From positions 124,001-188,000 of the forward strand of contig NIVC01000978.1 of NCBI GenBank assembly GCA_002269645.1: 64,000 nt of DNA. The letters are read 5' to 3'. The translations under genes were made by a program, and so were the position numbers. Below the pieces are notes generated by a model. It worked only from the letters and a program-made list of their open reading frames with translations, had not been told where the DNA came from and did no database searches. Source of the stretch: Macrostomum lignano (Eukaryota). Positions 1 through 19,734 of the stretch are shown in pieces (within the stretch, counting starts at the first letter, position 1; every line of letters begins with the position of its first letter).

Positions 1-808
1 ACTGTGAGATTCGCCAATAATCGCCCCTAAGCCACTGTGAGATTCGTCAAGAATCGCCCCTAAGCCACTGTGAGATTCGTCAAGAATCGCCCCTAAGCCA
101 CTGTGAGATTCGTCAAGAATCGCCCCTAAGCCACTGTGAGATTCGTCAAGAATTGCCCCTAAGCCACTGTGAGATTCGCCAATAATTGCCCCTAAGCCAC
201 TGTGAGATTCGCCAATAATCGCCCCTAAGCCACTGTGAGATTCGTCAAGAATCGCCCCTAAGCCACTGTAAGATTCGTCAAGAATCGCCCCTAAACCACT
301 GTGAGATTCGTCAAGAATCGCCCCTAAGCCACTGTGAGATTCGTCAAGAATCGCCCCTAAGCCACTGTGAGATTCGTCAAGAATCGCCCCTAAGCCACTG
401 TGAGATTCGTCAAGAATCGCCCCTAAGCCACTGTGAGATTCGTCAAGAATCGCCTCTAAGCCACTGTGAGATTCGTCAAGAATCGCCCCTAAGCCACTGT
501 GAGATTCGTCAAGAATTGCCCCTAAGCCACTGTGAGATTCGCCAATAATTGCCCCTAAGCCACTGTGAGATTCGCCAATAATCGCCCCTAAGCCACTGTG
601 AGATTCGTCAAGAATCGCCCCTAAGCCACTGTGAGATTCGTCAAGAATCGCCCCTAAGCCACTGTGAGATCCGTCAAGAATCGCCCCTAAGCCACTGTGA
701 GATTCGTCAAGAATCGCCCCAAACCACTGTGAGATTCGTCAAGAATCGCCCCTAAGCCACTGTGAGATTCGTCAAGAATCGCCCCTAAGCCACTGTGAGA
801 TTCGTCAA
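1..808. repeat. 33-bp minisatellite in an IMPDH intron (actgtgagattcgtcaagaatcgcccctaagcc), truncated by window start
   Basis: About 24 near-identical tandem units, no unique spacers; ends ~20 bp before the acceptor at 828-829. Confidence 0.97.
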
Positions 809-829
809 TTCGTCGCCCGGCACCCGCAG

Positions 830-8079
<7,250 letters not shown>

Positions 8080-8109
8080 GCAGATTGGCTGTAGTCCCTG
8101 ACCACAGCC

Positions 8110-8280
8110 TGAGTGCCAGCTGCTTCGCTCAGTCCCTGACCAATCGGAGAGCGCCAGCTGCTTCGCTCAGTCCCTGACCAATCAGAGAGCGCCAGCTGCC
8201 TCTCTCCGTCCCTGACCAATCAGAGAGCGCCAGGGACTCCCTCCCAGTCCCTGACCAATTAGAGGGCGCCAGCTGACTTT
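8110..8280. repeat. ~38-bp tandem repeat in the IMPDH 3' UTR region (gccagctgcttcgctcagtccctgaccaatcagagagc)
   Basis: 4-5 copies, progressively diverged. Confidence 0.8.
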
Positions 8281-8879
8281 CAAAAGCTTACTGGCTGACA
8301 ATTTTTCTTTAAACTTTAATTTTAACAATTCAAATCGCTGCCTTCGCAAGTTACTTCATTCGCGCTGCACCTTTTGTAGTTTTGGCTGACAAAAATATTG
8401 CGAAGTTTGAATTTTCATTTACGAGCGTAGCAGCTTCTTAATTGCATTGTTTTATCTGTTGTATTTATGCTTCAGTTTCTGTAGGCTGCACAACCTGCCT
8501 TTTTAGGTTTCTTTTAACCCTACTTATAAGATCTTTTTAGCAGTAGTATATTTAGCACTAATTTTACTTCTTGTAACTGAACTAGTTTTTGTCTTGTTAA
8601 GTTTTAATGTTGGTCTTTTTTAATATCAATTAGTTGGATTTCTGCAACGAAATTTATGTAAAAGCAGTTAATATATTTATACATGTGTGTCAAACCGTTG
8701 AGTTCGATAGAAATAAGCTTTTTATGAATAGCTTAAAACTCTTTACCAAAGCCAATTAAAATAAAAATACGATGCAAACTGTATTTATTTACATATATGA
8801 GCTAGGGTTTAACAAAAAAATACAGGAAAGTTAACGGAGTACTGCACAATATTTTTTGAGACAATCAATATAATCGTTA

Positions 8880-9824
8880 GAGTGTACATTCCCTCTCTCT
8901 GAGCCAATCGATGCAGTCTACATTCCTTCTCTCTGAGCCCATCCACCGGGTGTACATTCCCTCTCTCTGAGCCAATCGATGCAGTCTACATTCCTTCTCT
9001 CTGAGCCCATCCACCGGGTGTACATTCCCTCTCTCTGAGCCAATCGATGCAGTCTACATTCCTTCTCTCTGAGCCCATCCACCGGGTGTACATTCCCTCT
9101 CTCTGAGCCAATGCACCGAGTGTACATTCATTCTCTCTTGAGCCCATCCACCGGGTGTACATTCCCTCTCTCTGATCCCATCCACCGAGTGTACAGTCCC
9201 TCTCTCTGAGCCCATCCACCGGGTGTACATTCCCTCTCTCTGAGCCAATGCACCGAGTGTACATTCATTCTCTCTTGAGCCCATCCACCGGGTGTACATT
9301 CCCTCTCTCTGAGCCAATGCACTAAGTGTACATTCATTCTCTCTGAGCCCATCCACCGGGTGTACATTCCCTCTCTCTGAGCCCACCCACCGGGTGTACA
9401 TTCCCTCTCTCTGAGCCAATGCACTGAGTGTACATTCATTCTCTCTGAGCCCATCCACCGGGTGTACATTCCCTCTCTCTGAGCCCACCCACCGGGTGTA
9501 CATTCCCTCTCTGAGCCCATCCACCGAGTGTACATTCCCTCTCTCTGAGCCAATGCACTGAGTGTACATTCATTCTCTCTGAGCCCATCCACCGGGTGTA
9601 CATTCCCTCTCTCTGAGCCCACCCACCGGGTGTACATTCCCTCTCTCTGATCCCATCCACCGAGTGTACATTCCCTCTCTCTGATCCCATCCACCGAGTG
9701 TACATTCCCTCTCTCTGAGCCCATCCACCGGGTGTACATTCCCTCTCTCTGATCCCATCCACCGGGTGTACATTCCCTCTCTCTTGAGCCCATCCACCGA
9801 GTGTACATTCCCTCTGAGCCAATC
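8880..9824. repeat. ~33-35-bp minisatellite (gtgtacattccctctctctgagcccatccaccgg and variants)
   Basis: Tandem variant units; source of six overlapping repetitive ORFs. Confidence 0.95.
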
Positions 9825-9900
9825 TAGCTTATGTACAATCTCGCTCAGCTCAAAGTCAATCCCGAAGGCTACTGTATGCTAAGTACATGCATTTGCATTT

Positions 9901-10720
9901 TCACAGTACAGTGCATCCAACGTGCTTATTGGCTTTCATCTCTTTGCGCGCCCGCTCTTTGGCGATGCGAATCCGGGCCTCCTGCATGTAGCGGACCCGG
10001 GCGTCCCGCTGGTTCAGCCAGCTCTCTAGCCGGGCCTCCACCGTGTCCTGCACCCGGTCTATCCGCCTGTCCTGCTGGCGCAGCCGGCGTTGAAACTCCG
10101 GCTCGTCCCAGGCGCTCTGGCCGCGCATCAGCGACAGCAGAATCCGATTTTTGCGTAGCGAGCCGAACCGGCGCTTCTTGGCCGCCATGAGCTGCGGGAT
10201 GTCGATTGAAATGGGACCTTTGCAAAACAAGGCCGGTGGGAAACCTCATTTCTTAAAAAAACTGATTTTTCGTGTACAATACTTGTACATGCACTTTTAT
10301 TAGATGCAGGGGGGCTGTGTGTGAGTCAAGTCTCAATTCACTGGACTCTCTCACCTGGGTATTGACTCCGCAGAGGCACATCACAAAGAAGCCGAGCAGA
10401 ATGCCTCCGCAGAACAGAGCAACAATTAGCAGGTGAGTCTCGCTGAATAAAGCCAAAGTTTCCGAGGAATTCACCTGAGCTTCGTTCAGATGGATCTGCT
10501 TCAGGTAATAGCCAGACACTGTTAAACCAACCAGAGCCGCTATCAACAGAACGGCGAAGCTCACACAGCAGCCGTTGTCGTCCCATGTGACGCGCAGGTT
10601 TTGCGGAAAGATTTGCACCTCTACCGTGCGATGAAATCTGTCGTAGGCGTTCTCGTTTAGGCCGCCGCGCAGGGCGATCTCCTCCATGTTGGTCCGGTCG
10701 GCTTTTTTTGAGTCTGGCAT
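9901..10720 (-). CDS. Uncharacterised ~218-aa protein with two TM helices and a charged helical C-terminus. Exons 10720-10355 and 10191-9901
   Basis: Donor CAG|GTGAGA after GVNTQ; phase-0 acceptor cccgcag|CTC ATG. TM segments FAVLLIAALVGLTVSGYYL and LLIVALFCGGILLGFFVMCLCGV. Exon 2 has strong GC3 bias. Acceptor choice is inferred. Confidence 0.7.
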
Positions 10721-11035
10721 GTCCGGCTTCAGCTAGATATGAGGATTTTTAACTTTATTTTTGTTCTGTTAAAACTACATAAACTGCCAAATAAAGTTGA
10801 AGCCAATTTATTCACTCCTAAGCCGATGTCTAAACAATATGTCTGCGGCCAAAACTGCCATTCTGAGTAAATGCAGCATTAGAATTACTACGTACTATAT
10901 ACTATACTGTCTTGTACGAGTAGTCTGCATAGGACAACTTCTTAGGAATTTGTGCAAATGAAAATTGTTCGCTTAATAATACACACCGTGTAGCGTCTGT
11001 GGCGCTATTAAATATAATGTAATTGTAATTAATTG

Positions 11036-11547
11036 ATTACACCTGCCTTAATGGCAGATGTACAACCGACAGCTCAGCCGCAGCTATTGCACGGCGCATC
11101 TGAAGGCTGCGTACGGCTGTTCAGTCCAAGGAGTGCAGGGGGTCGCCACACAGGGGATTCCGGGGGGGGGGCTTCACAAGCGCTAATTTTCATAAGCGCT
11201 AAACTTCACAAGCGCTAAACTTCATAACCGCTAACTCACCTACTTTCACAAGCGCTAAACTTCACAACCACCTACTTTCACAGTTTAGCGCTTGTGAAAG
11301 TAGGTGGTTTCGCTATTCTAAAGTTTAGCGTTTGTGAAGTTTAGCGCTTGTGAAAGCGACCCGCCACACACACCCTCAGTTGCCCCAGCTAATGCTGGCA
11401 CCCATTTTACAGCTGGGTGAACTGAAGCAATGCAGAGTTAAGTGTCTTGCACAAGAACACAAACTGTTCCAGTGGGATCGGGAATCGAACCCCCGACCTT
11501 TCAGTCGTGAGTTCCACGTTCTAACCACTAGGCTAAAACCCCTGTTG
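11036..11547 (-). mobile_element. tRNA-derived SINE, copy 1, interrupted by a 209-bp insert
   Basis: Minus strand reads ..tagcctagtgg (A box)..ggttcgattcc (B box), then a core ..cacccagctgtaaaatgggtgcc; high identity to the copy at 36112-36413. Confidence 0.85.
11153..11361. mobile_element. MITE-like palindromic insert (ttcacaagcgctaaac / gtttagcgcttgtgaa subrepeats)
   Basis: Absent from SINE copy 2; flanked by a 9-bp direct repeat cgccacaca (11144-11152, 11362-11370). Confidence 0.75.
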
Positions 11548-12159
11548 TCAAAGGTAGTTCAAAACGTGATTTGAACGTGATGAAAAATCCCACCTAGACC
11601 CAGCCAATGCATTTTGCAGTTAAAATTGCGTCCTAACTTAATTACACGCACTCGCATTGCTCGCTTATTAGGACAGACAGTTTCTGCCTAGAAACAATCC
11701 GCTTTCCACAGTCTAATCAAAAAAGAATTAAAAAAAATTCAGATGACTTTAATTTCGTGGCATTTGCCCCACTTCACTAAACAATGCTAAGCGCAGGTTG
11801 GTCTAGTCAATTTATTTACGGAAAAATGACACCAAAATAGCCAACATAACGGTACAGCAACCGGACAGGAGCATACCAATTATTTGAAAAAATGTAACAA
11901 TTAATACGAAATATTATAGCTAAATCAGTTAAATGTTTAATTAGCAAATATTATTATTATTAAAGCAAAATATATAAATATTGATTTCCACACATAACTA
12001 ACGATGAATTATGGCTCATAAAATAGTCCTCACCAGTAGCTGTTAGAGATAATAGAATAACCAGATATGTCAGATAGTTCACTTTAGGCCAGCATTGTGT
12101 GTTCGCAATTAAAGGTGTGAAGTGTCTACTCTTTCTCAGCAGCTAGTTTTTTAAAAATC

Positions 12160-12447
12160 TAGCTCAGCCAATTAGAGAGCAGTAAGGAGAGAAGTCAAAG
12201 TCAGACGGACGAACTCAGTCTAGGGGGCAGGCCCAATCTGGCTCAGCCAATGAGAGAGCAGTAAGGAGAGAAGTCAAAGTCAGACGGACGAAACTCAAAC
12301 TAGGGGGCAGGCCCAATCTGGCTCAGCCAATGAGAGAGCATTAAGGAGAGAAGTCAAAGTCAGACGGACGAAACTCAATCTAGGGGGCAGGCCTAATCTA
12401 GCTCAGCCAATGAGAGAGCAGTAAGGAGAGAAATCAAAGTCAGACAC
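12160..12447. repeat. 80-bp tandem repeat, ~3.6 copies
   Basis: ctcagccaat at 12163, 12242, 12322, 12402. Confidence 0.9.
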
Positions 12448-12987
12448 AAGCGGGCAAAAGGAATAAACATCATATATTGAAAAGCAAATAAATATTGTAT
12501 CTATGTATATCAGAGTATCAAACTAATAATTGACTCATAATATACATTAGATACCTGCAATAGAGTATCAGCCTGGCTGGGGCCGGGGTGTCACTCCCTT
12601 TCTCTCATTCTCGCTATGCAGACGCACAGGACCTGCAAATTCTAGCTAATTTTACTACTGAAGGCAATAAAAAGCGCATTTTTAGCAACTGACGCATCTA
12701 GTTATTCTAGCAACTGTGGCAGCTATTCAAAATTAAGAACTTCTTCAGAGTAACAACAATGTAATATTATTCATATCATTTCATTAGCTAATATGTAATA
12801 ATAAAAGTAGTAATCAATCTGAACGGGATAAAGAAGAGAGCAAAAGGACTTGGTGAACATTATAGGTCAGTACCTTTTTCTTACGAAATTTTCATAGCTA
12901 AAAATTATTCTAAAACTCACAAAGTCCACAATTGGGCGCAAACTTACTAACTGAAATAAGAAATATTTTGTTATTCATTTTCATGAC

Positions 12988-14113
12988 TCAGCGCCGCCTG
13001 GTAGCAGCCATGGCGCTCTGCGGGGCCACCCGAAAGAACAGGCTGTCGCCGCGGGACAGGCCGCCAGCCAGTTTTAGCGTCTGCCAGCACTCAACGCTGT
13101 CGGTGTAGGGCACGCACAGGCTGAGCCCGGAGCTGCCACGGATGCAAAGGTTGGTGGACACCACGCCGTAGCGATAGGTCCAGGAGCTCACTAGGAACGA
13201 GGCGATGACTGGGCTCACCTAAAAGTTTGAAGTGGGCGAGGTTTACAAGTCGTGTATGCGCGACTATAGACTTTCTGGACTAGCATTTCAAAGTTATTCA
13301 TAAGTTCACAGGGAGGCTGTGGATGCTGCCGCAAATAAAGGCGACAGTCCACCTGCAGTTAGCGAGATCATAACTGTAACTGTGAGTAACTGTACTCACG
13401 CGAAAGGTAACGCGAAAATTCCTCTCAAGTGATCGCTCTGTCCCAGGCTCTCTCACCTGCTTGACATCCGGGGCGGACCGGTCGGCAATGATGTACTGAT
13501 TAACGGCATAGGCTATGAAACTGGTGGCCCACAGCGCCAGCAGGTCGCCAACAATCGCCACGGTGACGCCGCGGAAGAATCCCGGCATGCCTTCCTCGTT
13601 GAAGATCTCGCGAATGACGCTCAGAATGTTGCCGCGATAGATGGCATCGTGGGAGACGGCGGCAGCCATCTGGCGGACCATGACGGAGTGCAGCGGGTAG
13701 GAGGCGAACACCGCCAGGGAGCGACCGACGCTGGAGTAGCAGCAGCGCTGGGCCATCTGCTTCAGCGAGTTCGCATTGAGCTCCCAGTTCTTCTCGCTGG
13801 CACCGCCGCCGCCGCAGGCTGCCTCAACGCCTCGGAGGGTCAGCTCGCGAATCACCTGGCTGGTCAGCTTGGCCAGCAGGCCGGTGGTCCACAGCGGAAA
13901 CACGCCGCCAACCTCGTCTCGGACCCGGCCGACGTGGCGAAACATGTTCGGATAGAACAGCTTCTGCCGACGGAACAGATTCTTGCCCAGGCTAGGCGGG
14001 TCCGGCTCCCAGCCCAGCTGCACCAGGATGCGGGAGAAGGTTAGTGGATGCACCACCACGGAGCCGGCTAGTTTGGACACATATTCATAGAATGGATCGC
14101 CGCTGGCTGCCAT
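12988..14113 (-). CDS. MTCH2: Mitochondrial carrier homolog (MTCH1/2-like), 295 aa. Exons 14113-13457 and 13218-12988
   Basis: HPLTFSRILVQLGWEP..LGKNLFRRQKLFYPNMFRH, YPLHSVMVRQMA, GMPGFFRG and the C-terminal ECWQTLKLAGGLSRGDSLFFR match MTCH motifs; phase-0 GT-AG intron. Confidence 0.93.
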
Positions 14114-14994
14114 CGTTTAACTTGATTAGCAGTATTTTTTTAACATGCATTAAAGCGCACAGACTGCTAAATATTTCAACCTTTTTAGGATCTTCTACCA
14201 AGGATAATTAATGACAAACTGACATTTAGAAAAATTATATAGGGTTACTATAAAAGTAAAAGTATATATAAGTATACTAAAAAGTATATAACATGTAGGA
14301 TAGAACAAGCTAAGTAAATTTGTCAATAACATGGCTAACTTACCTAAAGGTGTTCCTTAATACAAAAACATAAATTTCTATAACTTAAGGAGCAAAATAG
14401 TGTTAAAGACTTTAGCATAACTTCATGAATATACATGCTAATGCTAAATGTTATTTTGCATATATGAAACTCAACATCTAACAAATTGGGCAATTGATAT
14501 AATATATATAATACCATATATCAGTGGTGAATAGAGAATTTTATTGGAGGGGGGGGCAAACCAAGTTTGGGGCACCAATTTTTAAGCTAGGGGTTACAAA
14601 AAATGTGTGTAGGGGGCAAAAACTCAAGTTTAAAGGTGCAAACTTGGGTTTTGGGGGGGGGTACAATATTTTCTATTGAGAGCTGCCAGCCCCTGCCCCT
14701 GCATATTATATATAGTGCAGTTAAGTATCAAGATACAAAGTATATTGAGTCTGCTAGACTAGGGCATCATGGTTTCCAATCTTTGTATGCTCCATGTTTT
14801 ATTACATTTACACAATTATACCATTGTGCCAGTATTATTGTAGCCACTGAATGTGGTTGATGATAACCTTGGCTAAGGCAGCACCTGTTTTTTACTTTTT
14901 ACCAGTGTTGTCCAAGTACACCTATGTCTTAGCTTCTATTTTATAATTGTTAAAAGTTTTTTCATGCTCTTGTTGTAAAAAAGCCTGTAAACTT

Positions 14995-15080
14995 GTTCTC
15001 TTTGGAGAGAGCATGTGGAACCCAGACAGCAGAAACTTTTAGGTGACAATTCTCAGTTAAAATGTTGTGCACTGTTGTTT
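14995..15080 (-). mobile_element. Degenerate mariner transposase fragment
   Basis: TVHNILTENCHLKVSAVWVPHALSKENK resembles the mariner WVPHEL motif and its upstream helix. Confidence 0.6.
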
Positions 15081-15519
15081 TTCTAACTACTAAAATTTGG
15101 TGAGGCCTTGGATATGAAATTTTGCATCCTCTTTGACAAAAGCTTGATAGGTCTAGATCACTTTTGTTGTCCTTGTTGACCATGGATAGCCAGTCCAAGG
15201 AGCTGAGGCCAGGGGAAATGTTTCACTATGAAGCTTTAAGTACCATCTGTAAACCATTGACTGACCTGGAGCCACAACTCTACAAACTTGAATTTCTCAT
15301 CATGACAACTGATAGCAAAGATTTCAAGACTAAATCTAGCATAGGCATAAATCTAGAAATCTTTCATTTTGAAGAAATCATTGTCAAAATTTGAAATCTT
15401 GATCACTGTGTTGCAATAGTTATTAAGCACTTTGATATGAAGCTTGCCCTGCTCCCAATTTTCCATTCCATCTACTAAAAGTAGTCTGTTGGTATGTGGG
15501 TAAGTAAGTATGCGATCAA

Positions 15520-17705
15520 TTTCAGAAAAAATAGCTTAACCGATTTTCTTCAAACTTGCACCATTCAATTAGAAATTTTCCTGTGATAGTCATGCATTGC
15601 GGCTAAGAAATTGCTTGATGCTAAAGGGATTAAATATTCAAAAAGGTCAAGCAGCTTTTTTGACTTGAAATGCATTGTAAGAATGCTAGAGAAAAAACTG
15701 ACTGGTTGAATTCTGATTCTGAAATAGATTGCCTCACACCAGGCTTTTTATTTATTCAGTCTATGTACTGGCTGAATTTTGACACTGAATTGAATTGCAT
15801 CACAGCATTGAAAATACAGTGTGGAAACATAGCATAAGACTTGATTTATATTGTGTAACCATATTGCTAACTCTAATAGAGACTGGTACTGACTTGCCTA
15901 AGAAATTTATTATCATAACTGACTTGGTGAGTGTTGAATTATAAATTCAATGATAGATAGCCTAGATGTTAACATACTGAACTGCTAATGCAGCAACCTA
16001 GGTTTGAATCTTAGTAATGTACTAGAAATCTAGTGCCCCCCTTTGGGGTAGACAATAAGAAAAGGGCAAAATTTATTTATTTTAATTCTGGTAGCGATTA
16101 GTATGGTGTCATTGGTAACAATAAGCATGATGTCAAAGTATGACTACACTTAAAAAAACTTTCAAACCATTTATAAAATTGCAAATCCACATTGTAGCTA
16201 CCAATAATTCCCCAATCAGGTTTGCAATAATCTCCAGTCAGGTTTGCAATTATTCCAGTCAGGTTTGAAATGATCCTAGTCAGGTTTGCAATTATCCCAG
16301 TTGGGTTTGAAATGATCCCAGTCAGGTTTGCAATTATCCCAGTTGGGTTTGAAATGATCCCAGTCAGGTTTGCAATTATCCCAGTCGGGTTTGAAATGAT
16401 CCCAGTCAGGTTTGCAATTATCCCAGTTGGGTTTGAAATGATCCCAGTCAGGTTTGCAATTATCCCAGTTGGGTTTGAAATGATCCCAGTCAGTTTTGCA
16501 ATTATCCTAGTCAGGTTTAAAATGATCCTAGTCAGGTTTGCAATTATCCCAGTCAGGTTTGCAATTATCCCCCAATCGGGTTTAAAATGATCCTAATCGA
16601 GTTTGCAATTATCCCCCAATCAAGGTTGAAATGATCCCAGTCATGTTTTTAATGATCCCAGTGAGGTTTGCAATTGTCCCCCAATCAGGTTTGAAATGGT
16701 CCTAGTCAGATTTGCAATGATCCCAGTCAGGTTTGAAATGATCCATGTCTGGTTTGCAATAATCCCCTAGTCAGGTTTTCAATGATCTCCCAGTCTGGTT
16801 TGCAATGATTGCCCAGTCAGGTTTGCAATGATCCCTTATTTAGGCTTGCAATAATCCCCTAGTCAAGTTTAAAATGATCCCCCAGTCAGGTTTACAATGT
16901 TCCCATTCAGGTTTGCAATGATCCTAGCAGGTTTGCAAGAATCCTAGTCAGGTTTGCAATGATGCCCGAGTCAGGTTTAAAATGATCCCAGTCAGGTTTG
17001 CAATGATCCCTTAGTCATTTTTATAATGATCCCTCTAATTCAATAACAGTTTTCTCATCTAGTGCAATAATAGTTTTCATATCTTATGCAATAATAGTTT
17101 TGTCATCAAGTGCAATAATTGTTTTTAATCAAATTATTTAAATATTTTATAACTTTTAATAAAAAAGTTTACACTACAAAGATTTGAACCCTGCCCACTG
17201 CATTAGCACTCCAATCTCTTCATATCTAGGCTAGCTCTCATTGAATTTATAAATGAATTGTAGCACTTATATAATTCATCACTCACATGAAGCAGTTATG
17301 ACATAATCAATTTCTCAGCCAGTCAATGTCAGTCTTAGTTATTAAAATGAACAATATATTATGCGATATAAATCAATTATTGTGCTAGATGCTTCCACAC
17401 TGCATTTTCAATACTGTGATACAATTTAATTCAGTGTCAAAATTTAGCCAGTACACAGACTGAATAAATAAAAAGCCTATTGTGATTTAATCTATTTCAA
17501 AATCAGAATTTAACTAGTTGGTTTTTTCTCTAGCATTCTTACAATGTATTTCAAGCAAAAAAGCTGCTTGACCTTTGCAAAAAGCATATTTTTTGAATAT
17601 TTAATCCCTTTAGCATCAAGCAATTTCTTAGCCACAATGCATATACAATCATAGAAAAATTTCTAATTGAATGGTGCAAGTTTGAAGAAAATTGGTCATA
17701 CATGC
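15520..17705. mobile_element. Foldback-like non-autonomous element: ~500-bp imperfect inverted arms (~15520-16020 and ~17175-17705) enclosing a minisatellite
   Basis: 15545 ttcttcaaacttgcaccattcaattagaaatttt is the reverse complement of 17655-17690. Similarity continues inward with increasing divergence. Ends and TSD not defined. Confidence 0.75.
16205..17035. repeat. 21/42-bp minisatellite (cccagtcaggtttgcaatgat)
   Basis: Tandem units; 14-aa periodic ORF 16270..16590. Confidence 0.92.
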
Positions 17706-18099
17706 CCAACCTCAAAATTTCACCTATCCAGTGCGACTTAGTTTTGTCCAGATTTGCAACTTACCTATGCACCACCACACTGAAAGACTGGGGGGGGGGG
17801 TAGCACGCGTTGTGTGCTTATTGAAAAATGGAAGTACCTCATTTCTCTTCCCTTTTCCTACCTTCACTCTCTTTCCCGATTGATTTATCATTCACTTGTT
17901 CACTTATATACAGTACTAAACTGCATTGTAGCCTGTACCCTGTAGGCTATACTCCCTACATACTGTACTGTGTGTCTGGCAAACTAACTTGTATATATAC
18001 ACTCATATGTACTTGTATATATACACCTATATATATATATAGGTGTACATTCTTTGAGCCATTATATACTTCACTTAAAGATAGACCTGTACCTGACTA

Positions 18100-18460
18100 T
18101 GTATTGAATCTTGCACATGAATGGGATGAAAATGGTCATGAAGACTATTCCATCAACTAGTGTCCCCTTTCTGCAGCTGAAGAGCGAAAGCCATTGCTCT
18201 TTACACAATGGAAACTTGGTCATGTAACTCCTGGAGAAGTTAATGATTGTTGTGGTGCGCATTGGATATTAGAAGAAAATTTACCAGCAATCTTAAGTGC
18301 AGTCTGGGGGATCAGGTGATGGTGCAGCTGCAGCACATTCAAGGGAACTAAAAGCACCACCATTCCAATGTTCAGCAAGCTTACACAGAGAAGGACTGTT
18401 AATGGCAGTGCAAAATCCAGAGGTTGTAGCTTTTAACAGAGATCTATATATGCAGAATGC
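18100..18460 (+). mobile_element. Possible degenerate hAT (Buster/Charlie-type) transposase fragment
   Basis: GDGAAAA..ELKAP..CSASLHREGL resembles hAT 'TDGAAAM..LK..AP....HC.IHREAL'; stops and frameshifts present. Confidence 0.4.
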
Positions 18461-18859
18461 AAAAAAATTGAAATTCATGGTGCAGATGCAACGACATTAT
18501 TCTTCTCGAGTAATGTCAGCTGAGAAGCTGTTTTTGAAATAAAGAAGAAACTAGAAGTCTTGAGACAGAATTTGTACAATGGCGCATTGCTCATGCTGAA
18601 TCTATTGCTATAGAATCTTGCCTATCAACTGATGCTGGTACTGAAGTGCGGATCCAACCACAACACAGCCAACACAGCCAATGGACTTAGATTCAGAGAC
18701 TGAGACTGATGGCCGAAGAAGTGAGAGTCCTCCAAGAAAAAGATATATTTTTAGTTTATCAAAAGGGATTTTGATGAAATTCAGCCTCATGAAGAGATTT
18801 TGATGAAGTTCAGTTTTATGGAGAGATTTTGATAGAGTTCATTTTTACAGAGAGGATTT

Positions 18860-19660
18860 CAATGGATTTGGCACATTAAATGAGTCAGAGAAGAGAAAGT
18901 ATAGAGAAAAGTGAACAAAAAAGGAGAGATGATAGAAAAGAGAGTAGATATGAGAGAGGACAGATTAGAGATGACAGATGGGAGAGAAGAGTGGAGTAAG
19001 GTAGGAATGAAGAGGGAGAGAGAAGAGAAGAGGAGAGTGGAGATGAAAGGGGAGTTATGAGATAGCAGAGGAGACAAGAGAGATGAGAGAAGAAAGGAGG
19101 GATAAGAGCATACAGCTGAAATAAAAGAGAGGAGAGAGATGAAATATCAGAGATGATAGAGTTAAGAGAAGAAAGTAGTGAGGAGAAAGAAAGAGGGTAA
19201 AGGTAAGAGTGCAGAGAGGACAGATGAAAGATGCGATGAGAAAAGATATGATTGAGAAAATAAGAGAGAGAAGAGATTAGAGATTAGAGAAGAGAAGAGA
19301 CAAAGGGGAGAAGATAGAATCGAGATGGTAGAAAGGAAGCAAGAAAGATGGGAGATAAGAAAGGAGAGGGTATAGGAGATATGATAAACAAGAGCAGAGA
19401 GGAGAGAGAAAAGAGAAGAGAGAGGGTATAGGAGAGACAATAGATAAGTGAGTAGAGATGAGATATGAGAGAGGAGAGAAGAGGGGAGAAATAAGAGAGA
19501 AGAGAGGAGACAGGAGACAGGAGAGGGTACAGACGAAACACGAGGGAGAAGAGATAAATAAAGAGGGAGAGTAATAATAGAGAGTAACGGCGAGAATGCA
19601 GAGAGGAGACACGAGAGTCTGAGTCTGGACAATGGAAGTCAGTTTTTGCAAACAGGGAAA
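18860..19660. repeat. AG-rich low-complexity tract
   Basis: Nearly all purines on +; Ser/Leu-rich minus-strand ORFs are artefacts. Confidence 0.9.
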
Positions 19661-19734
19661 ACAAAATATGGTATTTGAAAGGCTTTACAGAGGATTTTAA
19701 GATAATTTAGAATATGGGATTCAAGACTACTTAG

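Noticed and set aside
13213-13220. AG|GTGAGC recursive-splice-like junction (also AG|GTG at 7090, 47729, 48977)
   Set aside because: These exons are needed for the protein; AG|GT is the common proto-splice-site bias and the introns are short
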